From Octopus sinensis (lineage: Eukaryota), in assembly GCF_006345805.1 (NCBI RefSeq), contig NC_042997.1:93868001-93932000 (forward strand): 64,000 nt of DNA. The letters run 5' to 3'. Made by a program: the position numbers and the translations under genes. Shown here piece after piece: positions 25,065 to 39,814 of the stretch (its first letter is position 1; each line of letters starts with the position of its first letter). The notes below the pieces were generated by a model. That model ran no database searches. It was not told where the DNA came from and saw only the letters and a list, made by a program, of their open reading frames with translations.

Positions 25065-25429
25065 GTATTGGTTTGTCGTTTTCTTCAGTCCTTTTCATTG
25101 GGTCTTTCGCGGGTTGTGTGTCTTACACTGCTAATGCTTTTCTTCCTCTATGATTTTATCCTTCGTCAAAAGTAAACACACACACACTCACGCGCGCGCG
25201 CGCGCAAATTTCTTTTTTGTATGTTTCAAAAGATTTTTCAGGTGAAATAGTACGGTGCTGGTTATATTTTTCGGAGGTTCCTTCTTCCAAAGAAGTCATC
25301 TGCACAGGATACTCACTTTTTGAATCATTATTGGTTGATTTATCAATATCTTTCGTCCCACATCTGTAGCCTTTCTAATTATTTCTCTATAACAATCTTT
25401 TTAATTGAGTGTCTCATGTGTGTGTGTGT

Positions 25430-25846
25430 GTATGTGTGTGTGTGTGTGTGCGTGTGTGTGTGTGTGGAGTGAGTTTGTCATCTCATCGATTGACAACCGG
25501 TGTTGCATTGCTAGCGGTTCGGCGATAGAATAAGTATCGGACTAAAGAATAACTAAGTCATAGGGTCAACTTGTTCGACTAAAACCCTTTACGGCGGTGC
25601 CCCAGTACGGCCGTAGTTCAGTGATTGAAACAAGTAAAAGAAAACAAAGAAACAGGTGTGGTTGTGAGAAGGTGCAGACGTAGCTGTGTGTTAAGAAGCT
25701 TGCTTCCCAACCACATAGTTCTGGGTTCAGTCTCACAGCGTGTGATCTTGGACAAGAGTCTTCTACAATAGCTTCGGGCCAACCAAAGCCTTGTGAGTGG
25801 ATTTGATAGACGGAAACTGAAAGAAGCCCATCGTATATATATATGA
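25430..25846 (+). mobile_element. Family B SINE 3' half followed by a family B head
   Basis: Tail ttgacaaccggtgttg...gaaacaagtaaaag at 25430-25650; head aagaagcttgcttcccaaccac...gaaagaagcccatcgtatat at 25667-25846. Confidence 0.8.
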
Positions 25847-25919
25847 AACAAATTTGTCATGATATTTGGATTTTTTTATCGTTAAAGAAAGATTCATCTA
25901 AATATTTCTCTGTCATTTA

Positions 25920-26033
<114 letters not shown>

Positions 26034-26912
26034 TAGACTACCCGTGATCCGTTGGGCTACCAGGAAAGTCTGAGTTTCTCAGCAACGGAGTTTTGTTTCG
26101 TAGTTTTTTTCCTTTCCAGTTTATTTCGCATGCTTTCAACGAATGTGACATCGAAGTCACGCGTAAACGGCTTCTTTCTCCTGAAAAGAAAAGATTTGGC
26201 CGCTATATCTTGCACGCCCTGCTATCACGCAACATGTATTTCATTTCCTTTATCGCAAATAGCTGTTACGTTTTAGCAGGGCCTGCTAGAAATAGCAGCC
26301 AAATCTTTGGAGGTGAGATACGTTGAAAGTCCTAAAAAAACCTATGGAAAAAATTATTTCACACCGAGGTTACGAACGGGTCTTTTATAAAATATTTACC
26401 GTATTTTAAAGTCATTTTCACTTTGAAATATTTTTTAAATATGCTAAAAAAATTTTTGTAGTGGTATTCACTTGAAAATAATTTAAAGAAACATGAAAAT
26501 ATTGTCTGTTTAAAGAAAGCTAACTTATTGTACAAACAACTTATATTTTTGGAATCTCATTCACTTAAAAATATTTCTAAATAATAAAAATATTGTTTAA
26601 CAAATGCGAAAATAGAAACATTTACTATAAAAAACAAATCGTGTGATTTCATTGTCAAGTCACTGTGTCTAATCGAAGGGTTAGAGTTTCATCCTTTTCA
26701 GGATGAAATTATATTCGAAATATTTTCCCATTATGCACCGTTTTAGGTATTTATACCCTCCGATCCCGAATATCTCAATGACTACTGGTCCGATTGACGC
26801 AAAACTTGTTTTATTCTGTTTGTATTAATATTTCAGGGGCAACTTAATTCATAGTATTTTCCATTGGCTGAGTAACATTGCAAGCAAGCAAGATTGAATT
26901 TTCTTTTATTAG

Positions 26913-26946
<34 letters not shown>

Positions 26947-26951
26947 TATAT

Positions 26952-27003
<52 letters not shown>

Positions 27004-27659
27004 TGTGTGGTGTGGTTGTGTGTGTGTGTGTGGTGGTGCGTGTTTTTGTGTCTATGCTTCTCCCCCCACCGATTGACAACCGGTGTTGGTGTGTTTATGT
27101 TCGGCACAGAGAGATAGATAAGTACCAGGCCTTTAAAAAGTCCTGGGGTCGATTCATTCGACTAAATATTTTTCATGGTAGGTGCTCAGAAATGACTCCT
27201 CTTTACAAACGATGATGATACTAAGAGTTAGAAACGAAGAAATATATTGAAAAGTAGGAATTTAATTAGTTTTCTGAAAACAGAAAAAAAAAGAAAAAAG
27301 GACTAAAAAAAAAAAATTAAGAAAATACAACAAAAAAAATAAAGATTTTGAATTCTGATATTGCAAAATGTTGATTCCATGTTAGAATTAGTTAACTAAT
27401 GCAAATTGTAAACAATGTTCTCGTTCTTTTTTTTTTCATTAGCCTTTCTTCGTTTTTATTGTTAATCATTTTTTTTATTTAACTTTTATAGATTTCTTTA
27501 AAGGGAATCTACAATTTAAAACAGAAGTATTAGACGTTGTTATTGAAATCCAAATCTAAATTAATATTGATAGCATTAAAAAAAAAAACAAAAACAAAGA
27601 AAACCAAAAATAGCAAAAGCGTCCCAAAACATAAAAAAGCAAAAATTTAACAAACACTT

Positions 27660-27902
27660 TTATCATCATCATCATCATAGTCACCATTATCATCATCACC
27701 CCACCCCCACCATCACCACCCCCACCACCACAATTACCATCGTAACCATGGTTATCACCATCGTCGTCATCCATCATTATTATTATTACGTCATCATCAT
27801 CATCATCATTATCATCTTCACTGTTCTCATCGTTTGCCTCACCAGCAATATCATCATAAATGTCAACATCAATCAGCATTATCTTCCTCAACGTCGTCGT
27901 CG

Positions 27903-27947
<45 letters not shown>

Positions 27948-27970
27948 ACAACATCAACATCGTCGGTATC
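27660..27970. repeat. (CAT)n/(CAC)n/(CGT)n low-complexity tract
   Basis: Direct read. Produces the poly-D/H/S/M ORFs. Confidence 0.9.
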
Positions 27971-30275
27971 GCTTTTGAAGATTTTTTGTTCACACATACA
28001 CACACACACACAAACATTTACATGCGCACTCTTCTGCGTGCGCATACACATACGAACACATCTACACATATTCACACATATACACGTACAGAACTGTATA
28101 AAACAACTTTTCAAACCTTATTAAATTTTATTTCCTTTTTGATGTATTATTTTTTTTCACGTTATTGTTTTTGGTAATGTCTTAATTCCTGGTATTTGGC
28201 CTTGTAGTTAATAAACAAATCATTATTATTATCATTAACATCACCATCACCATTATTCTTATTAAAATATGGTAAGGTTTTCACAATGTCATAGGACAGA
28301 AAAAAATGTCATAGGAGAAACAAAACAGATGAATAAATAATATGAAATATATCGTATATGTACCTCAACGTACGGAACCATCATCTGGAATCAATTGGGG
28401 AACTCTGCAGAAACCACGAGCTATTCTGTTATCATAGATATGTGTCCTCTCGCAAAATCTCGCTTATGACCTACCAGCGTGTATTAAGTGCAGACCCATT
28501 TTCTTGCCACCCCAACCTACCTCTAAGCAAATTTACTGAATGGCAACACTTCCTTATCTCCTATCTGGTTTTCCTCTTGAATTAGTATTTGAAAATGTCG
28601 ATGTGGGCTTGGACGAAGAAGAAAAGACTTGTTCCAGTTCTCAGTCCATACTATATCTCTTGCATTATAGCCATAGGATAGAGAAAAAATGCCTACTCAT
28701 CCTCGATAAAGTTTGTCAGCGGGACGTTCTTAACGTCAGATTCAGATAATAGCCAAATTCTTCCTACGCGGAACAAATGTTGCTCGATATAACTTCGTTG
28801 GTTAGCAATGTTCTCCCGCTAAAAACATGTACAAAGAATATTTTCTTCTCTCCCTGCGCATTTCAGAAAGGCTCGATGATAGTAGTACTGTATCCCTATG
28901 GTTTATAACGAACCAGAAATGGCCTCCCCACCAGTAGTCCTTGGCCTCGTTTACTGAAGACTGACTATGGGCCTGCGCTTTGAAAGTTCTTCTTTGAGGC
29001 GCAAGCCCAGACAAAATATTTTGTGAAAGATTAACAAGTTGCCCATGCATGCAAGATAACCATTTTCCATGACATCGATCATGTGCAAGGAAAGGCAAAA
29101 ACCAAGACACCTTGACACCAGTGTTGTAGGTGTTGTCAGAACGCAAAGGGCTAGAATGGATATCGCAAGTACCTCCACCGGTCGATGACATTTGGTTGCT
29201 GGATTTTATATAGATCCAGAAAGAATGAAAGGCAAAGTTGACTTCGGCGGAATCTGAACACAACTACTAATTCAACCACTTACTCTCTCGGCAACTTTTT
29301 AGATGTCTCTGTTCTTTAATTGCCACGGCAGACTCTACTCTTCAGTAACCTCGGTACGTTATATTCTCATTACAGATGGGGGTTGACTGCAGCTGGGGTC
29401 TTACGTTCAAACCTGATCAGGAGATGATAAAAATATTTTACTGATATATAGTTTTACTCTATGATTTTTGAAAAATCTTACAAGATAGCCACCAATATGC
29501 TTTAGTCAACTTCTGCAGGTACATCCTTTAGTGTCAGCTTAGTAAAGTGCTGCTGGATGCTAGTAGGAATCAGATCCTCGCTGTCCATCATCATTGGGGC
29601 ACAAAAATCACCACCAGCATGTTATAAAGTTACCCCCTTATTATGCTTTATGATATCGCACGTTTCTTTGAGTTATTTTCATGCTTGGTCTAGCGTCAGG
29701 CTTCGCAGCCTTTTCATTTTCCAGTTAATGCACTCGCTTGTGATGTTTTTCTCTGTGCTTTCCGTATGGTAACCACAACAAGGAATGCTCAAGTGAAGAA
29801 TTTGCAAATATTGCGAAAAAATGTTTTGTTATTGTTGGTGTTGTTGGTGTTGTTGCTGTTATTATTTAATTTTTATTAGTGTTTACATGTTGTGATTGTC
29901 GCAATAGTGATACTGGTTCTAGCAATTCTGTTTTTAAAATGTATTTTCAAAAGTTTTGTTAAACGAATTCATCCCGACTAGCTTCGCAACATGAGAAATA
30001 TAACACTGAGGAGACGAAAAATTCGAAATTGGACATAGTCAACAAAAAATAAAAGCAAACTCACAGACCGATGGAAACCGAAGCATCTCTCCGGAAGCAA
30101 TAATAGTCATGACGATAACAAAAACAACACAGGGGCAGTAACAACCGTTACAATAACAATAACAGTCTATTAAAGCGTTAACGATATGTGGTGTAAATCG
30201 TGCCACCTTGTGGAAAGGGTATGATAAAAGTGTGCATGAGAGAGAGAGAGAGAGAGAGAGAGAGGGTGAGCGAGC

Positions 30276-30353
<78 letters not shown>

Positions 30354-30499
30354 TTCAAAAGTATGCTATTGGCACGTGTCCGCATAAATACTCACTCAAA
30401 AGAACGCTCTTTGCGTGCATACACACACACTGTGATGATAATTAACTATGTTTGTGTGAGAGTGTATGAGTGTGTGTATATGTGGGCACGCCATTAACG

Positions 30500-32110
30500 T
30501 TCGTATGTGTGTGAGTGAGTGGTGGTTGTCTACTCCTTCTGCAGAGTCTGACCACCTCTTGTACCTGCACCTTAGATTCATCATGGTGTCTGATGTAGCT
30601 TTTTAAACCACACAATGTGTCAAAAAGACACCTACATAGATTGCTTATCTGATTTAGACCACCAAGAGCTGCAGTTAAGTTCTGATCTTTGTGGATCTTA
30701 AAATGTCTTTTGCGGCTTCCGTTAGAATTGCAGACCTTATGAAATACACGGCATTGAAAGGTGTGCAGATATATAGGCAAAGCAGTTGGTAGAGTTTCGT
30801 TTTTCATGAGTCCTCAAATGAGATTTGAGCTCAGCAAAAGAAAGGCATAGTCTGTCACAAGGTGTGCACACAAAATGGTTACTGAGATTCACTTTCTCGA
30901 TCGCAAAATTCTTCTTTAATTTCTCCTGAGTCTTGCATGTGCTACCTTGGCCTCCTCAAATGCTTTCACTCCACTCCACACTTTTATTCGCCATCCAGCT
31001 CGATCCGAAGCAAGGGTTTCTATGGCCTTTGGATCTATTCCAAGTGACTTCATGGTAGTCCTTACGCCGTCTTTAAACTGCTTTTTAGGTTTACACTGAT
31101 TGCGTTTCCCCTCTGCAAGTTCACCATGGGTGTGAGTTCATCCGCCATTCGAACAATATGGCCAGACTATTTGATTCTTCAGAATCATTGATTTAATTGA
31201 AGTGATGCCTGCAGACGCAATGATATCTGTGTCTGGAATGAAAAAGCTCCTTTTACTGTTTAAAATGCGATGAAGGCATTTTTGGTGGAATCGTTCTAAC
31301 AATTTGAAATGTCTTTCATAACACGTCCATGTTTCAGAAAAACACAATAGGGATGGTAAGGCAAACGATTTCTAAAGAGCCAATTTTGTGTTGCGTGACT
31401 CCAAACCACCAAATGATTGTGCTGCCCTTTGAATTCGTAGATGTATTTCTGTGTCCAGATTTCAATGATTTTGTACAGAGCTTCCAAGGTAAATGAAAGA
31501 GTCAACAACCTCAAGTAACTTACCCTTAATGAACATTTTAGTGGGGTTGCAAGCAGCACCACGTGCAGATTGAAACATTACAACTGTTTTTCTTCAAGTT
31601 GACGGTCAAGCGAAAATCATCACAAGTGGTGCCAAATGCAGATATAAGAGATTGTAGGCCCGTTTCGGAGTGACTGACTAGATTGCAATAATCAGCGTAT
31701 AAGAGTTCCCTAATGAGCGAAGTAAAAACCTTTGTTTTGAATTTTAGATTAAAAACATTCCCTGTTTTTCGCTATTTTATGTAAATACCCTCTCCGAAGT
31801 TTTGAAAAGCGTGTGACAGCACAATAGCAAAGTATATTGCAAAGAGGGTTGTTGCATCAAGGTCTCCTTGCTTTACTCTATTTTACACGGCAAAAGATTC
31901 AGAGAGCCTACCACCAAAATGAACTCTATCCTTCATATCTTGATGTAAAGCCTTGATCATGTTCATAATTTTTCTGGGCGACCTATATTCCTTAGAATTA
32001 GCCATGGAGCACTTCGATTAACTGTATCGAATACCTTGCTTAAATTAACAAAGCAAGGGTTTAGGGCAAGATTCTGTTCAATGCACTTTTCCTGCAATTG
32101 TAAGCGAGTA
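30500..32110 (-). mobile_element. RTE-BovB-like LINE, RT to C-terminus, decayed
   Basis: Minus frames: LQEKCIEQNL, a ...FDTVNRS... motif, SETWTCYERHFKLLERFHQKCLHRIL, DRAGWRIKVWSGVKAFEE, and a C-terminal C2H2-like motif. Confidence 0.9.
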
Positions 32111-33035
32111 TGTGTATGTGTATACGTGCTATTAACGTTTGTTTGACGTTGTCTTTCTCTCGCACTGTTTACCTGCCGATTAGATAGATGCGTCTCAGAA
32201 TAAATTATTGTCGTGAAGATTAAACATCGATATATCTATTTTATTATCAGCTAGCTTAAAAGTCGCACTCCGCGCGAACTTTTAAATTAGCTCCTGAGGA
32301 GGGCTAATTGGGCCTGCAACCCAAAACTAAAGAGAGCTAAACGTCTATAATGATTATATGCCCCGGTGGTGTTTGATCAGAGGTTAAGGAATTCTGTAAT
32401 GCAATCATTCTATTGTTCCAGTCCCAAGTTGAATTCCAACTACTGGCTAATTTGTCCCAAAGTTCTTATCTCGACGGAAAATTAACGAAGCGAATGTCCT
32501 TTATCTTCTCCTTGATCTCTGACGTCATCTGACAAACGCCAACGAGGATGGCGTGAATCAGTCAAGCTTTACCTGCTAGTAACAGCAACCCAAATGTTTT
32601 TACATCAGATCCCAATGCTGGATGTTCAAGAACTAAATGAAGGGTAAATTTTCAACCCAAAGCTCATCCTGATTCCAAAAAGGCATAATATATCTATGTA
32701 GAGCAAATGTAGACAGATTCAGAGGTTCTAGACGGACAGACAGAAATTTCGCTTTTATTATTATAGATATGCCAATTGCCATGTTCCTAACTTTCTTCGT
32801 AAAAAATATGCATCGGTATATACGAATACGAGTGTTACCAGCTGTATAATAAATAAAGCGTGCCTTAAATTATTTTATAACCGAAATGATGTTTGGTATG
32901 TTACAATCGATGATGATAATAGAGTACAACAGCGAGAATGGAATCGAGAGAAGCAGTGAAATTATAGAGAAAGGGTGAAGAGGAGAAATATGAATTAGGA
33001 ATAAAGGGAAGACAATCAGGAATGACGAGAAATAT

Positions 33036-33357
33036 TGGTACTCCGTCGGTTACGACGACGAGGGTTCCAGTTGATCCGACCAACAGAACAGCCTGCTTGT
33101 GAAATTAATGTGCTAGTGGATGAACACTCCATAGACACGTATACCCTTAACGTAGTTCTCGGGGAGATTCAGCGTGACACAGAGCACGACAAGGCTGGCC
33201 CTTTGACATACAGGTACGACTTAATTTTGCCTGCTGAGTGGACTGGAGCACCTTAAAATAAAATGACTCTTGCTCAAGGAGACAACGCGTCGCTGGGAAT
33301 TGAATTCACGACCTTGCAATCGTGAGCCAAATGCCCTAACCACAAAGCCACGCGCCT
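33036..33357 (-). mobile_element. Full-length family C SINE (tRNA head + CORE-like + body)
   Basis: Minus strand: ggcgcgtggctttgtggttagg A box, gaattcaattcc B box, gttgtctccttgagcaag. The body is also at ~53565-53735. Confidence 0.8.
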
Positions 33358-34329
33358 TCACAGACGAGAAGCATTAACTCAGGAAGAAGGGAATAAAATT
33401 AATAGATGAACTGGTGCTAGAATGTGTTATGTGATAAACAACAAAGCTCAAGCTAATAGAGAAAAGAATGTTAATCAAGAAAGAAGACGGCATATGAGCG
33501 AGGATGGTAAGCAAGAATATTTTGCACAAGTCAGAATAAGAAAACAGAATACAAGAGAAAATATGACTGAAGAGAATAGACAAGACTTGCTAGATCTTAA
33601 CCGAAGGATTGTGAATGAAATGACAAGATTCTATTCCTGAGTGGGGAGATGTTTATGACTGACACTGTTCTACAAAATGGGCAGTGAAATTTCTCTATAT
33701 TATTACGCGAAGACCAAATGTGTGACGCGCTCATGTTGCTTGTTGAAGGGAGAGGAGAAACGTATTGATGGCGAGGGCCAGGAGAAAGGGATTACTATTA
33801 TATCATGTGATTAAATAGTCAGTTCAAAGGAAGAGCGAGAGAGAGAGAGAGAGGGAGAGAGAGGGAGAGAGAGAGGGAGAGAGAGAGGGAGAGAGAGAGA
33901 GAGAGGGAGAGCGAGCGAGCGGGAGAGAGTGTGTTTGACGCTGGGAATGGGGTGAGATAGAAAGAGAGTGAGAGTGTGTGTGTGTGAGTGTGTGAGTGTG
34001 TGTGTGTGTGAGTGTGTGTGTACGTTTACTTTGTGGCTATGTAGATACATCGACGGATAGAAGATAGAAGGATGGATGACTAGATATATCGATAGATTGT
34101 TAAAGTGAAATAACCTTAGCAGAGAGCTGTAGCCATACTAAAGTAACGTCATTATTCAGTTTTTTTTTTTTGCTATCAGGTTTAAATGCTTCTCCGTATT
34201 GTCAGAATAGACAGATACATTCATCGACAGAAAGAAAAGTAGATATGATAAATAGATAGGTCAGTTGGTTGGTGGAAAAGTAAGCAGGTCTACAGATATA
34301 CCAATTGATATACTAACATACAGACAGAT

Positions 34330-34550
34330 ATATTCTTTTCTACTCTAGGCACAAGGCCTGAAATTTTTGGGGAGGGTGTCAGTCGATTAGATCGACCCCA
34401 GTAGGCAACTGGTACTTAGTTTATCGACCCCGGAAGGTTGAAAGGCAAAGTCAACCTCGGCGGAATTTGAACTCAGAACGTAGAGACAGACGAAATGCTG
34501 CTAAGCATTTTTGCCCTGCGTGCTAACGATTCTACCAGCTCGCCGCCTTG
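34330..34550 (-). mobile_element. Family A SINE, full length
   Basis: Close match to the reverse complement of 2374-2590. Confidence 0.9.
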
Positions 34551-35430
34551 ACAGACATATATATTGATAGCTGTACAGGTAGTTGAACTGAATTGAATTG
34601 AAATGAAATGGAAATATTATTGATTGGCAAATAACTTAGACTCTGCCTTGTAACTGTTAAGTATAGTGGTGGTGGTAATATTGATAGGAGTGTTGGTTAA
34701 TGGAGATAGCAGTGGTGAGTGGACTGCGAAAAATGTGTTTAAATTTATTTCTTATTTCTATAACCCTCTTTACTTCACGTATGTACTTTAGTGCAATGAA
34801 TTAACGTTTTGCTCATTTGAAACATTTTTTTATAACGCATGGAGAACGATAGACCACGTAAGGCGACAAGAGAAAGAGTAAGGGTACGACATTTTTATAG
34901 TTTTTCCAAACAACCATATTAAATTTTTTTTTAAACTTTACCAACATACTGTAACAGAATAATATAGATAATATCTTCGCTTTTGTTTCATAATTAAAAC
35001 TGATAGCTTCTTGCTAAGTGGAGAATACTAGATAACAATTCCATGTCCGAAGACGTAAGAATATAGCTTTCAGAGATGATGTATTTTTGAGATTATACCA
35101 TCGATACAACGTATGTAGATTTTTATACCATCTCAAGTACCAAATAATTCAGAAAAATATACAATTACATGTAGTAGTTTTCAAAATAATAGTGGAATAT
35201 TCACGGAAACTGCAAGTAAATCATTAATATTTTAAATGGAAATTTTCTTCAGCTTCATAGATTTTCACACTTTCCCAGTTTTCAATAACTCTGATTTTCT
35301 TATGCTTTAAAGTTTGTTTTGATGAAATTTTATTTAATTTTCAAAAATGTTAGCTGTCCATCAATTCTATAAATCACTTAATTTTGCTAACATTTTTCAT
35401 ATCATTTACAAGCTTACACACACACAAACA

Positions 35431-35540
<110 letters not shown>

Positions 35541-36272
35541 TATGTATGTGTGTGTGTGTACATCCTGGTGTTAAATATTAAGGAGAATATAGGAAGGCAA
35601 CTTACAACAAAGTACTCAAAGTATTAAAATTGTGTGAAGATATTTAATTGAAACATTGAGTTCAGCAAAATGCATTTGTTTAATTCTTGAACAGACATAC
35701 ATACGCACAATCCGCGCATATATATACGTATGTATGTACACACACACACTTATATATATATATATGAAAATATATGCATATATAGATGCATGTATTTAAC
35801 TTAGTCATTATATATATGTGCATATATATACGTACACATGTACACACAGACACACACACACATACACACGCACACTCATAAATATGTATATATACATAAG
35901 TGTAAATTCGCACGCGAGTGTGTCTGTGTGCAAGTGTATGTGTGTATGTGTGTGTTTGAAATATAATATTCTATAATGCAAGAACACAAGATTGGTTAAT
36001 GGAAGATGAATAAACATCTGCTAAAGATGTTAAATAAGAGAAAAGAAATTATTCAAACCTGCAACCATCTTGAACCACCCTTTTACCATGTTCGGTTTTC
36101 CTTCTACCATCACCATTACCACCAAGACATACATCAATAACCATCATCAGCCACATCGTTATCACTGCAGCATTAATACCAAGAAGTAATATCTATTTCC
36201 ACTTAAATGTGGATGTTCTGTTCAGAGCAAACCTTACTTCGGAAACTACCATGAGAGAAATTCTCATCTTGC

Positions 36273-36582
36273 CTTTTGGTGCAAAACGTACCCTTGTTTA
36301 TATCGTTAGTGGGGACATAAATCATCACCAACTCTAGCAACGAGATCACATGATCACGTGAATTCGTAGCTAATCGCGACACTAGTGCCTGTTCTGGCAC
36401 TTATTTTCTATATATCGCTGGCGGAGAAATGACTTGCTGTTATCTCTAGCGGTCGGGCGTCCATCACTGATGAGATCAAGGAAGGTCGAAATCGTGTGAA
36501 CTGGTCGTCTCAGAGCTGGAATTGATGGAGGGTCTATCTCCACGCTAGCGATATAAAACAAGCGTGCATTTTGCACCAAAAG
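36273..36582. mobile_element. Old foldback element with an HHR-like motif
   Basis: Imperfect inverted arms starting cttttggtgcaaaa (36273) and ending ttttgcaccaaaag (36582). CTGATGA-gatc aaggaa ggtc-GAAA at 36467-36491. Confidence 0.55.
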
Positions 36583-36701
36583 CCTATATAAGAGTTTTTC
36601 TGATGGTATCTACCGCAGCAAAGTTTCTTCTAACAGAACATCCCCGTTTAAGTGGGAATAAATATTACCACATTTTATTCATTCTCCTCAAACCAGATAC
36701 C

Positions 36702-37117
36702 TATTTCTTTACTGTCCACAAGGGGCTACACACAGAGGGGAGAAACAAGGACAGACAAACGGATTAATTCGATTATATCGACCCCAGTGCGTAACTGGTA
36801 CTTATTTAATCGACCCCGAAAGGATGAAAGGCAAAGTCGACCTCGGCGGAATTTGAACTCAGAACGTAACGGCAGACAAAATACCTATTTCTTTATTACC
36901 CACAAGGGGCTAAACACAGAGGGGACAAACAAGGACAGACATAGGTATTAAGTCGATTACATCGACCCCAATGCGTAACTGGTACTTAATTTATCGATCC
37001 CGAAAGGATGAAAGTCAAAGTCGACCTCGGCGGAATTTGAACTCACAACGTAACGCAGACGAAATACCGCTAAGCATTTCGCCCGGCGTGCTAACGTTTC
37101 TACCAGCTCGCCGCCTT
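36702..37117 (-). mobile_element. Tandem dimer of B-tailed family A SINEs
   Basis: Full copy 36886-37117 joined at aaatacc|tatttcttt to the truncated copy 36702-36885. Confidence 0.9.
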
Positions 37118-37684
37118 CCTCAACTCAGATAGCACACTCGAGATAAGCCTTGTCCGTAAACCATTTCCACCATGTTTCTCCGACACAATTATTTCCCTAT
37201 CTCTCATTTTCTTAGTGACTCTCTTTCATGAAGAATATCCTATGCACAGAACTTTTATTATTCTTCCTTTTCTACATGTTATATGCATTGACTTTACATT
37301 TGTTTTTAATATGCCTATCCTACTGAATGATTTGCTGCTAGTGCAAATCTACAATAGATCCTAGATTACATAGACATGTGCACTTTACATATGTATGCAT
37401 GTATACGCACAGACAGACTGACAGGCACACACACACGTTAAACTTTAAACGTATTGAGGGTGTTTATGGTGGTTTTGTTGCATAAATATATATATGTAGC
37501 ATGCATAAAATATACATGTAAATGTATATGTAAGTGTGATACACATGTATAATATACATGTATATACGTGTAATATATGTGTATAAATATGTATGTATAA
37601 ATATATGTAATATATATGTATACATATATAAGTATATGTGTATGTGTATATAGAGAGGGAGAGAGAGCGAGCCATACACGTATG

Positions 37685-37752
<68 letters not shown>

Positions 37753-38265
37753 CATGCATATATTTACATATGTATATGGCTCGCTCTCTCCTTCTCTCTC
37801 TTTGCTTCTCTCTCGTATACATATATATACGCAAACATGCATTCACACACACACACGCACACACGTACGCACGTGTGTGTGTGTGTGTGTTGGCATATAC
37901 TTTGCCATACATACAGATCTACCTGTCATTCTGTAGAAGAAATTAATTATTTTCTCTACAGTTCAGTGAACTAAACAGCAAATTGAGTAGATAAAGTGAA
38001 GCATTTTGGTCTTCAAGAATCTTCCATGAATTTAATACGACAGGAAACCATAAACTTGATATTTTTCCATATCTTTTGCGATTTTTTAAAAATTTATCCT
38101 TCATTACACATTGTTGTGTGTTTTGTCTTATATCATTTTATACACTTGCATGCACATATATGCTTCCCGTTGTTCTCCTTTGTAAATGTACTTACACATA
38201 CACACATTACGTACATAGATTATTTACATACATGCACACGTTCTCACATACATCTGTGTGTAAAT

Positions 38266-38660
<395 letters not shown>

Positions 38661-38666
38661 ACCCTG

Positions 38667-38700
<34 letters not shown>

Positions 38701-39814
38701 GATACATACATACATACATACGTACATACATACAAACATACATACATACATACATACATACATACTTACATAATACATGTATATACGCATGCATAAGCAT
38801 GCGTATGCATGCGTATCTGTATTTTTATGCCCACGCGCACAATACTATAAAGGACAGAAACACTTCTTTATGTTTTTGGTTTAACTTTGATAACAGCAAG
38901 AAACCCCTTCAAGCCACTTGTAAGCTTTGTTTGGTTTGTGTGTGTTTTGAAGATCGACATTTGGAAATTTTTGCTCTGTGTTGTTGTGAAGGAGACCAGG
39001 ATCCTGAGGAGCTAGTTAGTTCCGTTTTGTTTTTGTCTTTTGGGGCAGAATTTATTATATTTCTTTTTTATTTTTTTGAATTTATATATTTTCTTTTAAA
39101 GACATAACTATGTCATCGAAAGGTAAACAGAATTTGAAAGAGTTCTTTAAAATTGACTTCCTCATCTTAAGCAAAAAACATCACCGACTCCAGTGCCGAC
39201 ACAAAGAACAACAACAATAGCTAAAACAAACAAACAAACTAAGAATAGAGCGGGGATAATGATATACCGCTAATGCCAACATCAGCTACCAACACTGCAA
39301 TAAAACAGCAGTTGCTGTACAACAAATTACAGAAGTGAAGTAAAAGGCATGAACATCAACTGTAGCAGCAACAAAAGCATTGAAAATGAGGACGACGAAA
39401 AAACAGAGACAACAACAACACTACATCTAGCAATAGGTGTAGTGACGTTGCATATCAATTACCATCATCACTATAGCATTGATGCTAACACCATTAATAA
39501 CGAGACCAGAGCGGTGTGCAAACTCACTGTGAGCAGTTTCAAAGACACTGTGAGCGGTTTACAATAGGATAAATTTATATTATTTAATCTCAACCGAAGC
39601 AAGGCTCGATAACCTCACTACATCCTCCTGGTCCATAAAAAAAGTGTGGAGGGGGTCTCTAATAAAACAGCCTCTCAGTCCACACACACACAAAAAAACT
39701 TACTGTGAGCGGTTTGAAAAGTGAGACACATTTCCTCAATCAGCTCTGGATGAGCTTTACCTTGAAATACCGCAAAATGTCCAGGAATACACACAGAAAA
39801 AAGCCCCCCCACCA

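Noticed and set aside
28360-29190. GC-richer stretch with ORFs 28802-29263 and 28951-29178; a 'MHGQL' motif faintly like R4/Dong
   Set aside because: No diagnostic RT or endonuclease motif could be traced. Probably a decayed LINE, but the clade cannot be supported.
29379-29447. Possible exon after tctcattacag (DGVDCSWGLTFKPDQEMIKIFY-stop)
   Set aside because: No convincing donor, and the opposite strand resembles decayed LINE RT sequence.
32270-32340. Possible HDV-like ribozyme upstream of the RTE element
   Set aside because: Only ccctcctc and gctaat fragments are present; the nested double pseudoknot cannot be built.
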